64,000 bases of DNA. Source: an uncultured Spirochaetota bacterium. GTDB lineage: Bacteria > Spirochaetota > UBA4802 > UBA5550. This document shows positions 8,815 through 18,345 of this stretch, in pieces. The notes under the pieces were generated by a model. It ran no database searches. It was not told the origin of the DNA and saw only the letters and a list, made by a program, of their open reading frames with translations. The stretch lies in NCBI GenBank assembly GCA_963827275.1, contig CAWHAA010000004.1:512001-576000 (forward strand), in the 5' to 3' direction. Position 1 is the stretch's first letter, and each line of letters begins with the position of its first letter. The translations under genes and the position numbers were made by a program.

Positions 8815-10738
8815 GGCCTTTCCTTCGTGGCGGTTCAGATGTAGGCCAGAGTCTGTTTGAATTCAGTATTTTCTGATTAATGTAAATATCCATGAGCCTT
8901 TTTCGCAGACGCTTCATCACTGCGGGCTTCCCTCTCCCGGCAAGATTGTGCTCCTCCCGGGGATCGGTCGTGAGGTTAAAGAGATATTCTTTGCCGGTTT
9001 CGGAATGATGAATGTATTTCAATGGATATTCCACAATGCCAAGGAACAGGCCATTATACGGTTGTATCAAGTATACCGGTCCTGTTTTTACGCCAGGTGA
9101 CACCAAAGATTGCCCGAGAAAATGCGTTTTCACGCCTGATATGCCCGCAATGTCGAGTATGGTGGGTGCGATATCGAGCTGGGAATAGGCCTCGTTGAGG
9201 ATGCGTGGCCCAATTCTGCTGTTCCATAGTATCAGCAGGGGGGTCCGGAAGACCTCATCGTAGAACCCGACTTCATTGTGCGAGATTCCATGTTCATTAA
9301 TTGGAAAACTGTGATCGCCGGTGATAATTACAGCTGTGTTGGCGTGTTGCGGTCGTTTGGCTATTCCTTTCAACAGGTCTCGAAGACCCTGATCGGATAA
9401 ATGGATGGAATTGGCGTAGCGCTGATCGATCGTAGTGGGGTCAGAGTAAATCAAACACTTATCTTTCGGTACGTAATCGAACCACATATGGTTCGATGTC
9501 GTTGCCAGGAGAGCGAAGACCGGCCTGCCGCCGTTCCGCTGCCTGATGCGTTCCATCTGGCGGAGGCATAGTTTATAGAAGAGGCCGTCCTCGGGGCCCC
9601 AGCCCCATACCTGCGGGGCGTCCGCATCAGTCAAAAATTCGTAGGCGGAATGGATATGCCGGAAGCCGGCCTTTTTCATAAAGGCCCTGGTGTTATCGAA
9701 ATCGAGCTCGCGGGCGGCCTGCATGAACAGTGTGTCATATCCGGCATCGTGCAGTAGCTCCGGGAGCGCCCTGAAGGAAAGCTCGGGGAATGACGTGAAG
9801 ATTTTTCCGCGAATGCTCGGTAGCACGGACAGCAAGACCGCGGCCTGTCCCTTGCATGTCTGGACGGAATTGCCGTAGAAGCGCTCGACGTAGAGGCCGC
9901 GGGGGATGAGTGAATTGAATACCGGCGTTATCTCCTTTCCCTCCGGGGACTTCTTCCTGACTACATTGGCGTTATATGATTCAACCATTACCAGGACAAT
10001 ATCCGGCCTGGATGATCCCCTCGGAAGGGCCGGCGACGCGTTGAATGTTGTCAGGTACGGGTATCCGCTAACGCTGATGCCGGCCATGGGGTCCTGGAAG
10101 GGATAGCGGAGGATTCCCCGCAGGAGGCCGGTGAATTCATCATGGGTCTTGACCGGCAGCAGCAGTATCACCGCATAGAGCAGAGCGGCCACGACTGTTT
10201 TTTTCGCCGCATGCGGGTATTCTGGCGGGGATACCAGAATTTTTTTCCGCCAGTGAAGCATGAGCAGGAGTACGAGAGATATCCCGATTATGATGAAGAA
10301 CCAACGGGGAAAAATTCCGATGATGGTGTACCAGGATTCCTTGTAAAAGCCGAGGGTGAAATTATCGATAATGATGGAACAGTTGAGCGGGATGTGTGTT
10401 ATGAGATAGTAGGTGTGTATCATTGTAAACAGCGTTAAAAAGAGCATGTTGATGACAAGCCGTACCGCCCGCACCCTGCTGGCCGCAAGGTTGATAAGCT
10501 GGACCGCGACAGTGGCCGTGAATATGCTGTAACAGATATACAGTGCCGATGTTATGGAGAGATCGAAAGGCCGTATGCCGTAACGCCGCTGGAATCCGTA
10601 TAAAAAAAATATCATGAGGATGACTGTCAGGGTATTCATGCAGCCAAGATCCAGGGGGAGCCACTCACGTACCAGCTCGCGATATCTGCGGGCTCTCTTT
10701 GTGATTATGTCTAACGTGGTGGTATCGCTCCTTGTCAT
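8801..10738 (-). CDS. LTA synthase/sulfatase family membrane protein
   Basis: N-terminal TM helices, DIVLVMVES, catalytic Thr region GNSVQT, IITGDH and SQLDIAPTILD. Confidence 0.85.
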   Translation of the reverse strand: MTRSDTTTLDIITKRARRYRELVREWLPLDLGCMNTLTVILMIFFLYGFQRRYGIRPFDLSITSALYICYSIFTATVAVQLINLAASRVRAVRLVINMLFLTLFTMIHTYYLITHIPLNCSIIIDNFTLGFYKESWYTIIGIFPRWFFIIIGISLVLLLMLHWRKKILVSPPEYPHAAKKTVVAALLYAVILLLPVKTHDEFTGLLRGILRYPFQDPMAGISVSGYPYLTTFNASPALPRGSSRPDIVLVMVESYNANVVRKKSPEGKEITPVFNSLIPRGLYVERFYGNSVQTCKGQAAVLLSVLPSIRGKIFTSFPELSFRALPELLHDAGYDTLFMQAARELDFDNTRAFMKKAGFRHIHSAYEFLTDADAPQVWGWGPEDGLFYKLCLRQMERIRQRNGGRPVFALLATTSNHMWFDYVPKDKCLIYSDPTTIDQRYANSIHLSDQGLRDLLKGIAKRPQHANTAVIITGDHSFPINEHGISHNEVGFYDEVFRTPLLILWNSRIGPRILNEAYSQLDIAPTILDIAGISGVKTHFLGQSLVSPGVKTGPVYLIQPYNGLFLGIVEYPLKYIHHSETGKEYLFNLTTDPREEHNLAGRGKPAVMKRLRKRLMDIYINQKILNSNRLWPTSEPPRRKGLGSE

Positions 10739-10899
10739 GCGTATAAGTTAACATGGAATCATTGTGTCCTGTCAATAGTTTATCATGGATGCCGGTGGTT
10801 CCCGCGGGCTTAAAATTATCATTGACGGATAATGGGATGTTTTAAGATGATCATTGAGTGATGGACGTGATCCGCAAAATCCGCTGTTTGAGAGGGCTT

Positions 10900-13086
10900 A
10901 TGAAACGATTGATTTCTGCTGCTCTTCCGACCCTCCTGCTTGTTCTCTTTTTTGCGATTTTATCTGCGAATCCTGCGAGTGCCGGGCCGGTCACGCTGGA
11001 TCCATCTATCGATCAGTATGTTTTTACAAAACAGGTTGAATATATCGAAGACCCGGACAGGACACTGACCATTGAAGATGTATCGCAGGCGACAGGGCAG
11101 TGGACCCGTCAAACAGAAAACGCGTTTAACTTCGGATTTACAAAATCGGCATACTGGTTTAAATTTTCGGTGAAGAACCCCCTGGATTCCGCCATCAGCT
11201 GGTTCCTTGAAATAAATTATCCGATGCTGGATTCGATAAAGCTCTACATCCCCCTCGAGAAAGGCGGCTTTACCCTGAAGGAAACCGGCGACCACCTGCC
11301 TTTTTCACACCGGGATGTCGCTGATAAAAATTTCATATTCCTGCTCAACGAGGAACCGGGCACCCATACGTATTACATGCACGTCGATACTACCAGTTCT
11401 GCAAATTTTTCCATGATCATGTGGTCCACGAAAGGGGACCGCAACCGGCTTACCGCCGAGCTGCCCGTCATATGGATCTATTACGGCCTTATGATGATCA
11501 TGGTCTTTTATAACCTGTTTATCTTTTTTTCTGTCCGGGATATCAGTTATGTGTTTTACGTGCTCTTTATCTCGTCGTGGATACTTATGCAGCTGACCCT
11601 GAATGGTTTCGCGTTTCAGTATCTCTGGCCGAACTGGATCTGGTGGGCCAACAACTGTCTTCCATTTTTTACTTCAAACATCAATCTCTGGTCCGCTTTT
11701 TACCTGCGTTCGTACCTGCAGACCAGGGATAATCATAAAATAATCGATAAAATAGCGCTCTATGGCATCGCGCTTCCCTCTGCTGCGATGATTCTCATAT
11801 CACTCGTCGCGCCGTACCGTATAGCAATGATGGCGGCCACGATGTCATCTCTGGTCATAACTATCTTTTATTTTACTGTGGGGACCATACTGGTGCTGCG
11901 AAAAAACCGTGCCGCGCGGTTTTATCTGATAGGTTTTTTGGCGTTAATGATCGGCATCGTAGCATTTACCCTGAAGACCTTCGGGGTGGTGCCTTCTGTC
12001 TTTATCACCAACTGGGGCATGCAGATCGGATCGGCGGCCATGGTCTTCTTCCTGTCTCTGGGATTGGCCGACAGGATCAGCTCCATGCGTAAAAACCTGG
12101 AGGTGCTCTTCAAGGAGCAGCAGGAAAATGAAAGGCTGGCGCTCGAACGGGCGAAGTTCCTCGAGGGTGTTGTGCGTACGGCGAACTCCATTTCCGATGA
12201 ATTCACGAGGATGAGCCGGGAGCTGGACTCGGTTAGCGGGACCCTTGCCATGCTTTCTTCCGAGCAGGCGTCAAGCAGCGAGGAATTCTCGGCAACCTTC
12301 GAGGAGCTGACGGCGGCGACGGAGCATATCCATAAATCATCGGTCCGGCAGAAGGATGAGGGCGACAAGTCCAGGCACATGATTGATGAATTGAGCGGCG
12401 CCCAGAAAAACATGGTTGACGAGAGCATGAAGGTCGCGGAGAGCGTCAGCGAGATTTCGAAGTCCGCCACCAGCACCGAGGCGAGCCTCAAGCGGATGAA
12501 TGAAAAGATGACGATGATCAACGCCGGGGGCAATGAAATCAGCGAATTCGTCACGATCATCGATGACATCTCCGACAGGATCAACCTCCTCAGCCTGAAC
12601 GCGGCGATAGAGGCGGCCCGTGCCGGCGAATACGGGCGGGGGTTTGCGGTGGTCGCGGACGAGATCGGGAAGCTCGCCCAGGCGACGTCCGATAACTCAA
12701 AGCAGATCGCGGAGAAGATCAGGAAGATCATCGGGGACATCGAAGAGGGTGCCACAATAGTCGGCAGCACGAAGCAATCGACCGATGTCATTTTCAGCAT
12801 GCTCGGCGATATCCAGCAGCGTATCGACCAGGTCAAAAAAATCATGGAGGTTCAGTCAAGGGGAGTGCATATGGTTGTCAAGCAGACCGCCGTCACCGAC
12901 GAGGTGTCCCGCGGTATTGCGGCCGCAACGACCGAGCAGATGACCTCAATGAACCAGTCCCTCAAGACGATTGAACGGCTTTCAGAAATGGCGGTTGAAG
13001 TGTCCAGGGTGAACGACAGGATAATACAGATGACCAGGACGATTATGCAGAAATCGGACGAGCTTTCTCGCGTTGTAAACGCATAA
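10900..13086 (+). CDS. Methyl-accepting chemotaxis protein with 7TMR-DISMED2/7TM-DISM sensor
   Basis: Signal peptide, DISMED2-like [14 protein letters not shown], seven TM segments and the MCP hairpin [29 protein letters not shown]. Start set at ATG 10900. Confidence 0.9.
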   Translation: MKRLISAALPTLLLVLFFAILSANPASAGPVTLDPSIDQYVFTKQVEYIEDPDRTLTIEDVSQATGQWTRQTENAFNFGFTKSAYWFKFSVKNPLDSAISWFLEINYPMLDSIKLYIPLEKGGFTLKETGDHLPFSHRDVADKNFIFLLNEEPGTHTYYMHVDTTSSANFSMIMWSTKGDRNRLTAELPVIWIYYGLMMIMVFYNLFIFFSVRDISYVFYVLFISSWILMQLTLNGFAFQYLWPNWIWWANNCLPFFTSNINLWSAFYLRSYLQTRDNHKIIDKIALYGIALPSAAMILISLVAPYRIAMMAATMSSLVITIFYFTVGTILVLRKNRAARFYLIGFLALMIGIVAFTLKTFGVVPSVFITNWGMQIGSAAMVFFLSLGLADRISSMRKNLEVLFKEQQENERLALERAKFLEGVVRTANSISDEFTRMSRELDSVSGTLAMLSSEQASSSEEFSATFEELTAATEHIHKSSVRQKDEGDKSRHMIDELSGAQKNMVDESMKVAESVSEISKSATSTEASLKRMNEKMTMINAGGNEISEFVTIIDDISDRINLLSLNAAIEAARAGEYGRGFAVVADEIGKLAQATSDNSKQIAEKIRKIIGDIEEGATIVGSTKQSTDVIFSMLGDIQQRIDQVKKIMEVQSRGVHMVVKQTAVTDEVSRGIAAATTEQMTSMNQSLKTIERLSEMAVEVSRVNDRIIQMTRTIMQKSDELSRVVNA

Positions 13087-13147
13087 CGAAATCCGCTCCT
13101 CCCGGCGCCGGGGTTCGGATCGATGTCAGCAGTATGCTCCGCGGTTG

Positions 13148-13531
13148 CTATTTATGGCATCCGGCGCACTGCGCCTGCTTCGGCGCCGCTGCAGCGGTCA
13201 GGTGACATTCGCCATAGCATTTCTTGTGCACGAGCTTTTCCGCCCCGGGCCCGAAGTGGCATCCCTGGTTGGAGCACTTGTCGTTGATTTTTCCTTTATG
13301 ATGGCAGGTCTTGCAGGCCTTCCCCTGTGACGCGGCCTTTTTTTTATGCGCGGAATGGTCGAATGCCACGGCCTTCTGCTGCGGGGCGGCGGATAGTTTT
13401 GTAATTACAAGGGGGGCGTTAGTTGTTACGGCCTGCTGCTCCGGTTCCTTCGGGGCCTCCTCCTTCTTGCAGGCGACCGTGAGGGCAATACACGCGGTGA
13501 TGACGAAAAAAATCGGAACATACTTTTTCAT
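13148..13531 (-). CDS. Lipoprotein-anchored tetraheme cytochrome c3-family protein
   Basis: Lipobox LTVAC, the c3-type FDHSAH motif and heme motifs CKTCH, CSNQGCH, CYGECH and CAGCH. Start MKKYV follows aggagaagg. Confidence 0.75.
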   Translation of the reverse strand: MKKYVPIFFVITACIALTVACKKEEAPKEPEQQAVTTNAPLVITKLSAAPQQKAVAFDHSAHKKKAASQGKACKTCHHKGKINDKCSNQGCHFGPGAEKLVHKKCYGECHLTAAAAPKQAQCAGCHK

Positions 13532-13657
13532 GGTCCTTCTCCTGGCGGCGCTTATATTGTAAACAATCATGCAGCCGTTTATTGATAAAAAGCAAGAGTT
13601 TTTTCGATCGGGCCGGATAGCGTGTGATCGTCTGTCGTGTGCGCGCGGCGGGTCCTT

Positions 13658-14821
13658 CTATCTCACCGGCAGGGTGAGACGCGCCTTCCATTCGTCCAGG
13701 ACCGGCCGGGCAATGCCGTCCTGGTCATAGAAGCCGGTGTCCCGCCAGGCCTTGAGGATGTCTTCCGGGGACCCCAGGCCCCCCGGGACCGGAGTGGACC
13801 AGAGCACGTCATAGTCGCGTACGAGAAAATTTACCACGAAGAGCAGGTCGTGCTCCTGCGCCTCGTCCAGGAGGAGGTTGAAATAATAGCGCTGTTTCTC
13901 CGCTGTTCCGGCGAGAGTAATGTCGGGCTCGTAGGCGGTCATGGTGAGCTCCTCCGCCGGAAAGCTTGTCTCGGTGATGCACGCCGGTTTGGCGCTCAGG
14001 GCGAATATCCTGTCAAACATGTCCGCCGGCAGTGTCCCGCCGGAGACCTCGGCAAAAAATGGGTGGAGCGAAATGGCGTAGTAATCGGTGTAATCGATGA
14101 TATCGGACAGGGCGTTCATCTGCTCCGTGTGGTCCGCGCCAGAGTAACCCTCAACGAGGTCAATCCCGGTAAGGGTGACGAAGATGGGGAGGGACGGGTA
14201 TTCGGCTTTGAGAGTGGCATAGACATCCTGCTGGAGACTGACGTACGCGTTCCAATCATCCGCTCCCATTTTTTCCATGACCAGGTTCACCTCGACGCCT
14301 ACCGCGATGTAATCGGGATTGAAATATTCGATAACGCGTCTGCAGTAATTGAGATACGCGGTTTTTACCTCAGCATTGTCGAAGGCGTATCCGCTCCAGG
14401 GAGCGGTGAGGGGCTGGTTGTCGCCGGTGGCATTCCAGATCGGCGCGAGCCCGTCGCGCATGCTGTTGATGGGGGTGATGGCGACGTAGAGCTTATGGCC
14501 GGCCGGCGTGCGGCTTTTGCGGATATCCCAGTCATCCATGATTTTCGTCGTGTAGGGATATGTATCAGTCAGGGCGTCGTCCCATGGAATGCCGTTGTCA
14601 AAGTGGTGGGCCATCAGGTCCGCGTCGGTCCGGATCTTGCTGTACACGTACTCAATTTTATCCATGCCCGATATATCATAGGGGAAGGGCGTCAGGCCCA
14701 TGTAGTAGCTCCGGGACGCGAGGAGGAAGGGCAGGGCCCCTGAATCACCGGCGCCTGTTTTGCCGGCACATGATAGTGAGAAAAATATCCCGCAAAGAAT
14801 AACGATGCATGATTTGCGCAT
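13658..14821 (-). CDS. Putative glycoside hydrolase lipoprotein (clan GH-A-like TIM barrel)
   Basis: Lipobox FSLSC, IAVGVEVN (acid/base), AISLHPF and KPACITETSF (nucleophile). Confidence 0.6.
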   Translation of the reverse strand: MRKSCIVILCGIFFSLSCAGKTGAGDSGALPFLLASRSYYMGLTPFPYDISGMDKIEYVYSKIRTDADLMAHHFDNGIPWDDALTDTYPYTTKIMDDWDIRKSRTPAGHKLYVAITPINSMRDGLAPIWNATGDNQPLTAPWSGYAFDNAEVKTAYLNYCRRVIEYFNPDYIAVGVEVNLVMEKMGADDWNAYVSLQQDVYATLKAEYPSLPIFVTLTGIDLVEGYSGADHTEQMNALSDIIDYTDYYAISLHPFFAEVSGGTLPADMFDRIFALSAKPACITETSFPAEELTMTAYEPDITLAGTAEKQRYYFNLLLDEAQEHDLLFVVNFLVRDYDVLWSTPVPGGLGSPEDILKAWRDTGFYDQDGIARPVLDEWKARLTLPVR

Positions 14822-15102
14822 ACCGGCATCTCCCTTGATAATCCTGATAATAATACAGGAAATTTTATGTCAGGGCAAATATTTTTTGTCAAAATACCTC
14901 TTTTGCTCAGGTAATTCGCAGATTGACGTGGGCCGGGGTGCTTTTTTAAAAATACAATGCCCCCGTAACCGGATCCTGATCGGACATAAGGTGCCAGCGG
15001 GAAGTCGCATGGCGACATTCAGGTCTGAAAATTTCTTATTGAAAAAAATAGGGCATTTTATAAGGTGTGCCCTAACTTTAAAAAGGGCACAAACAAGAAA
15101 AC

Positions 15103-15327
15103 ATGACCAAAACAGCGGTAAAGCATTCTGTTAAGATAAATTATGAAATGTGCAAGGGGTGCGGCCTCTGCATCGCCTATTGCACGAAAAAAGTCCTCAG
15201 AGAGTCGGAGCACCTGAACAAGTCGGGCTATCATTATGCCGAGCCGGACGATGCGGCCCAGTGCTCCGGGTGCATGATCTGCACGATGGTCTGCCCGGAG
15301 GTCGTGATAGAGGTATATGATGAGTAA
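15103..15327 (+). CDS. 2x[4Fe-4S] ferredoxin, delta subunit of 2-oxoacid oxidoreductase
   Basis: CKGCGLCIAYC and CSGCMICTMVCP. Confidence 0.9.
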   Translation: MTKTAVKHSVKINYEMCKGCGLCIAYCTKKVLRESEHLNKSGYHYAEPDDAAQCSGCMICTMVCPEVVIEVYDE

Positions 15328-16387
15328 AGTATTCATGAGCGGGAACCACACCTTCGCCGAGTCCGCCATCCGGGCCGGCTGCAGGTGCTATTTCGGCTAT
15401 CCCATTACCCCGCAGAACGAGCTTGGCGAGTACATGGCCGACCACATGCGGAAGGCCGGCGGCGTGTTCATCCAATCCGAAAGCGAGACCGCGGCCATCA
15501 ACATGGTGATCGGCGCGGCGGCGACCGGGACCAGGGCAATGACCTCCTCCTCGAGCCCGGGCATCAGCCTGAAGCAGGAGGGCATCTCCTTCCTCGCCGG
15601 GTTTGAGCTCCCCGCGGTCATCGTGAACGTGATGCGCGGCGGCCCGGGACTGGGCAACATCGCGCCGGCCCAGGGCGACTACTTCCAGGCGACCCGCGGC
15701 GGCGGGCACGGCGACTACCGGACGCCGGTGTTCGCGCCGGCCTCGGTGCAGGAGATCGCCGACCTCACGCTGCATGCCTTCAACGTCGCTGACAAATATC
15801 GCACGCCGGTCATGCTCCTTTCCGACGGCATGATGGGCCAGATGAAGGAGCCGGTCGTGTTCCCCGAGCCGGTCAAAGAACTGCCGGCAAAGGAGTGGGC
15901 GCTGAAAGGAAGGGGCGAGGGCCCCAGCCGGTACCTCTGCTCCCTCATCCTTGACGCGCTGGAGATGGAGCGCCACAACTGGAAGCTGGTGCGCAAGTAT
16001 AACGAGATCGAAAAGAATGAAGTGAAGTTCGAAGAATACATGATCGATGACGCCGAAATTGTCGTCATAGCGTACGGCACCACCGCGCGCATCGCCAAGG
16101 GCGCGATCAAGCGGGTGCGCAAGGACGGCGTCCGCGCGGGTATGATACGGCCCATCTCCCTCTGGCCCTTTCCCAAGAAGGTGCTGAACGATCTTGCGGG
16201 CCGGATCAGGCAGTTCATCGTGTTCGAGATGAGCACCGGCCAGATGCTGGAGGATGTCCAGATCGCCCTCGAGGGAAAGGCGGACATCACGTTCCACGGC
16301 CGGCCCGGGGGCACGGTGCCCACACCGGTTGAGTTCGCGCGGATAATATACCGTGAATACCAGAAAACAGCGAAGAAAGAAAAATGA
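15317..16387 (+). CDS. vorB: 2-oxoacid:ferredoxin oxidoreductase alpha subunit (VorB-like, 2-ketoisovalerate type)
   Basis: FGYPITPQ, QSESE, TSSSSPGISLKQEGIS and RGGPGLGNIAPAQGDY. Confidence 0.88.
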   Translation: MMSKVFMSGNHTFAESAIRAGCRCYFGYPITPQNELGEYMADHMRKAGGVFIQSESETAAINMVIGAAATGTRAMTSSSSPGISLKQEGISFLAGFELPAVIVNVMRGGPGLGNIAPAQGDYFQATRGGGHGDYRTPVFAPASVQEIADLTLHAFNVADKYRTPVMLLSDGMMGQMKEPVVFPEPVKELPAKEWALKGRGEGPSRYLCSLILDALEMERHNWKLVRKYNEIEKNEVKFEEYMIDDAEIVVIAYGTTARIAKGAIKRVRKDGVRAGMIRPISLWPFPKKVLNDLAGRIRQFIVFEMSTGQMLEDVQIALEGKADITFHGRPGGTVPTPVEFARIIYREYQKTAKKEK

Positions 16388-17136
16388 AACTGAAAAACGC
16401 ATGGCCCCGGTATTATAAAAAGGACGTGGTCACCCACTACTGCCCCGGGTGCGGCCACGGCATCGTGCACCGCATCGTCGCCGAGGTGCTGGAGGAGATG
16501 GACCTTGGCAAGCGCGCCATCTGCGTGAACCCTGCCGGGTGCGCGGTGCTCGCTTATCTCTATTTTGATTTCGACGTGATCGAATCCGCCCACGGCCGGG
16601 GCACGGCCATCGCCACCGGCGTCAAGCGCTCGCGGCCCGACCTGTTCGTGTTCACCTACCAGGGCGACGGGGACCTCTCCGCCATCGGCACCGCCGAGAC
16701 CATACACTCTGCCAACCGGGGCGAGAACATCTGCGTTATTTTCATCAACAACGCGGTGTACGGCATGACCGGCGGGCAGCTCGCCCCCACCTCGCTCATC
16801 AATATGAAGACGACCACCACGCCCGCGGGGCGTGACCCGAAATATGACGGCTATCCCCTTCACATAACTGACGTTGTGGCGCAGTTCCCCGGCGTTGTCT
16901 ACGCCGAACGGGTGGCCGTGGACGGCCCTGCCGGCATCAGGAAGACGAAGAAAGCGATCGCCAACGCCTTTCAAACGCAGGTTGACGGGCTCGGGTATTC
17001 GATCATCGAAGTCCTGTCACCCTGCCCGACGAACTGGAAGCTTTCCCCGGTGGATTCCTTCAAGTGGATCACCGAGGTGATGGCGAAGGAATATCCTACG
17101 GGCGTGCTGACCGACAAGAGGAGCAAGAAGGAATAA
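16384..17136 (+). CDS. 2-oxoacid:ferredoxin oxidoreductase beta (TPP-binding) subunit
   Basis: HYCPGCGHG, YQGDGDL...NNAVYGMTGGQ and SPCPTNW. Confidence 0.92.
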   Translation: MKLKNAWPRYYKKDVVTHYCPGCGHGIVHRIVAEVLEEMDLGKRAICVNPAGCAVLAYLYFDFDVIESAHGRGTAIATGVKRSRPDLFVFTYQGDGDLSAIGTAETIHSANRGENICVIFINNAVYGMTGGQLAPTSLINMKTTTTPAGRDPKYDGYPLHITDVVAQFPGVVYAERVAVDGPAGIRKTKKAIANAFQTQVDGLGYSIIEVLSPCPTNWKLSPVDSFKWITEVMAKEYPTGVLTDKRSKKE

Positions 17137-17137
17137 T

Positions 17138-17677
17138 ATGCTGGTAAGAATATTAGCGGCCGGTTCCGGGGGGCAGGGGGTCCTGACCATCGGCAATACC
17201 CTCGGTAACGCGGCGATGATGGATGACTACTTCGTGACCTACCTCCCATCGTACGGCGCGGCCATGCGGGGCGGAACGGCCAACTGCACGCTCTGCATTT
17301 CGGACGAGGAGGTGGCGTCGCCCGTTGCGTCTGCGCCGGACATCCTCGTGGCAATGAACCAGCCGTCTCTCATGGCCTTCATCACCAGGCTCGAGGCGGG
17401 CGGCCAGCTCCTCTATAACGCTGATCTTGTCGATTTTGTGCCCGAGCGGGGCGACATTGACATGTTCGCGGCGCCGGTGAACCGCCTGGGCCGCGAGCTG
17501 GGGAGCGAGCGTTCGGCCAACATGGTCATGCTCGGGGCCCTGGTAAAGATGACGGATATAATCAAGATCGATACGATATTCAAGAGCGTCGAGATGATGA
17601 TGGGGTCTAAAAAGAAGCTTGCCGAATCGAGCATCCATGCTATAAAGGCCGGATACGACGGGTTTCCGTTTAAATGA
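17138..17677 (+). CDS. 2-oxoacid:ferredoxin oxidoreductase gamma subunit
   Basis: AGSGGQGV, PSYGAAMRGGTANC and NMVMLGA. Confidence 0.92.
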   Translation: MLVRILAAGSGGQGVLTIGNTLGNAAMMDDYFVTYLPSYGAAMRGGTANCTLCISDEEVASPVASAPDILVAMNQPSLMAFITRLEAGGQLLYNADLVDFVPERGDIDMFAAPVNRLGRELGSERSANMVMLGALVKMTDIIKIDTIFKSVEMMMGSKKKLAESSIHAIKAGYDGFPFK

Positions 17678-17715
17678 CCTCCGGCGATTAAAGCATTATT
17701 AAAAGGATACACACC

Positions 17716-18144
17716 ATGTCAATAACCCAGGTCTCAATCGCGGTTGACAACGCACCCGGCAGCCTCTACCGGGCGAGCTCGATCCTCGAGAAAGAGCAGA
17801 TAAACATTAAGGCCATCATGGCGGCCACTGATCTGAGCCCCGTGCAGGTGCATATGGTCGTTGACGATCCGGACAGGGCGGTGAAAGTGCTGGAGATGAA
17901 CCGTTTCACGGTTACCACCAAAGAGGTCATCGCCGTGGCCGCTCCCGATCATCCCGGCGGGCTCAACGCCATCCTCAGGCCGCTCATCGAGGCGAAGGTC
18001 AACATCGACGCCATGTATCCCTTTATCTATCTCAAGGGCGATGAGGCGGTCCTGATCCTTGATGTTGATAAGATAAAGGAAGCCAGGGAGGTGCTGAAAA
18101 AGCACTGGGTGAAGACTTACGGCGGCGAGATATACAAGTCATAG
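17716..18144 (+). CDS. Tandem ACT-domain amino-acid-binding protein
   Basis: Two ACT repeats: DNAPGSL...INI and PDHPGGL...VNI. Confidence 0.85.
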   Translation: MSITQVSIAVDNAPGSLYRASSILEKEQINIKAIMAATDLSPVQVHMVVDDPDRAVKVLEMNRFTVTTKEVIAVAAPDHPGGLNAILRPLIEAKVNIDAMYPFIYLKGDEAVLILDVDKIKEAREVLKKHWVKTYGGEIYKS

Positions 18145-18153
18145 GGCGGGTTG

Positions 18154-18288
18154 CCGATAGTTATCGGTACTGTTTAAGTATTAATTTACTCTGACCCTGC
18201 GACGTCACACATTAATTCCGATAGTTATCGGTAATAAAGTTACTCTGACCCCGCAATCACATGCAAGAATCCCGATAGTTATCGGTAA
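18154..18288 (+). repeat. Mosaic repeat: three CCGATAGTTATCGG hairpins alternating with two TTACTCTGACCC motifs
   Basis: Hairpins at 18154, 18218 and 18272, motifs at 18186 and 18240. Confidence 0.9.
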
Positions 18289-18345
18289 AAAGGCAGAAAA
18301 CGCTGGTTCTATCTTCCCGGTCTGTCCCGCTCCACCGACCGCAAT

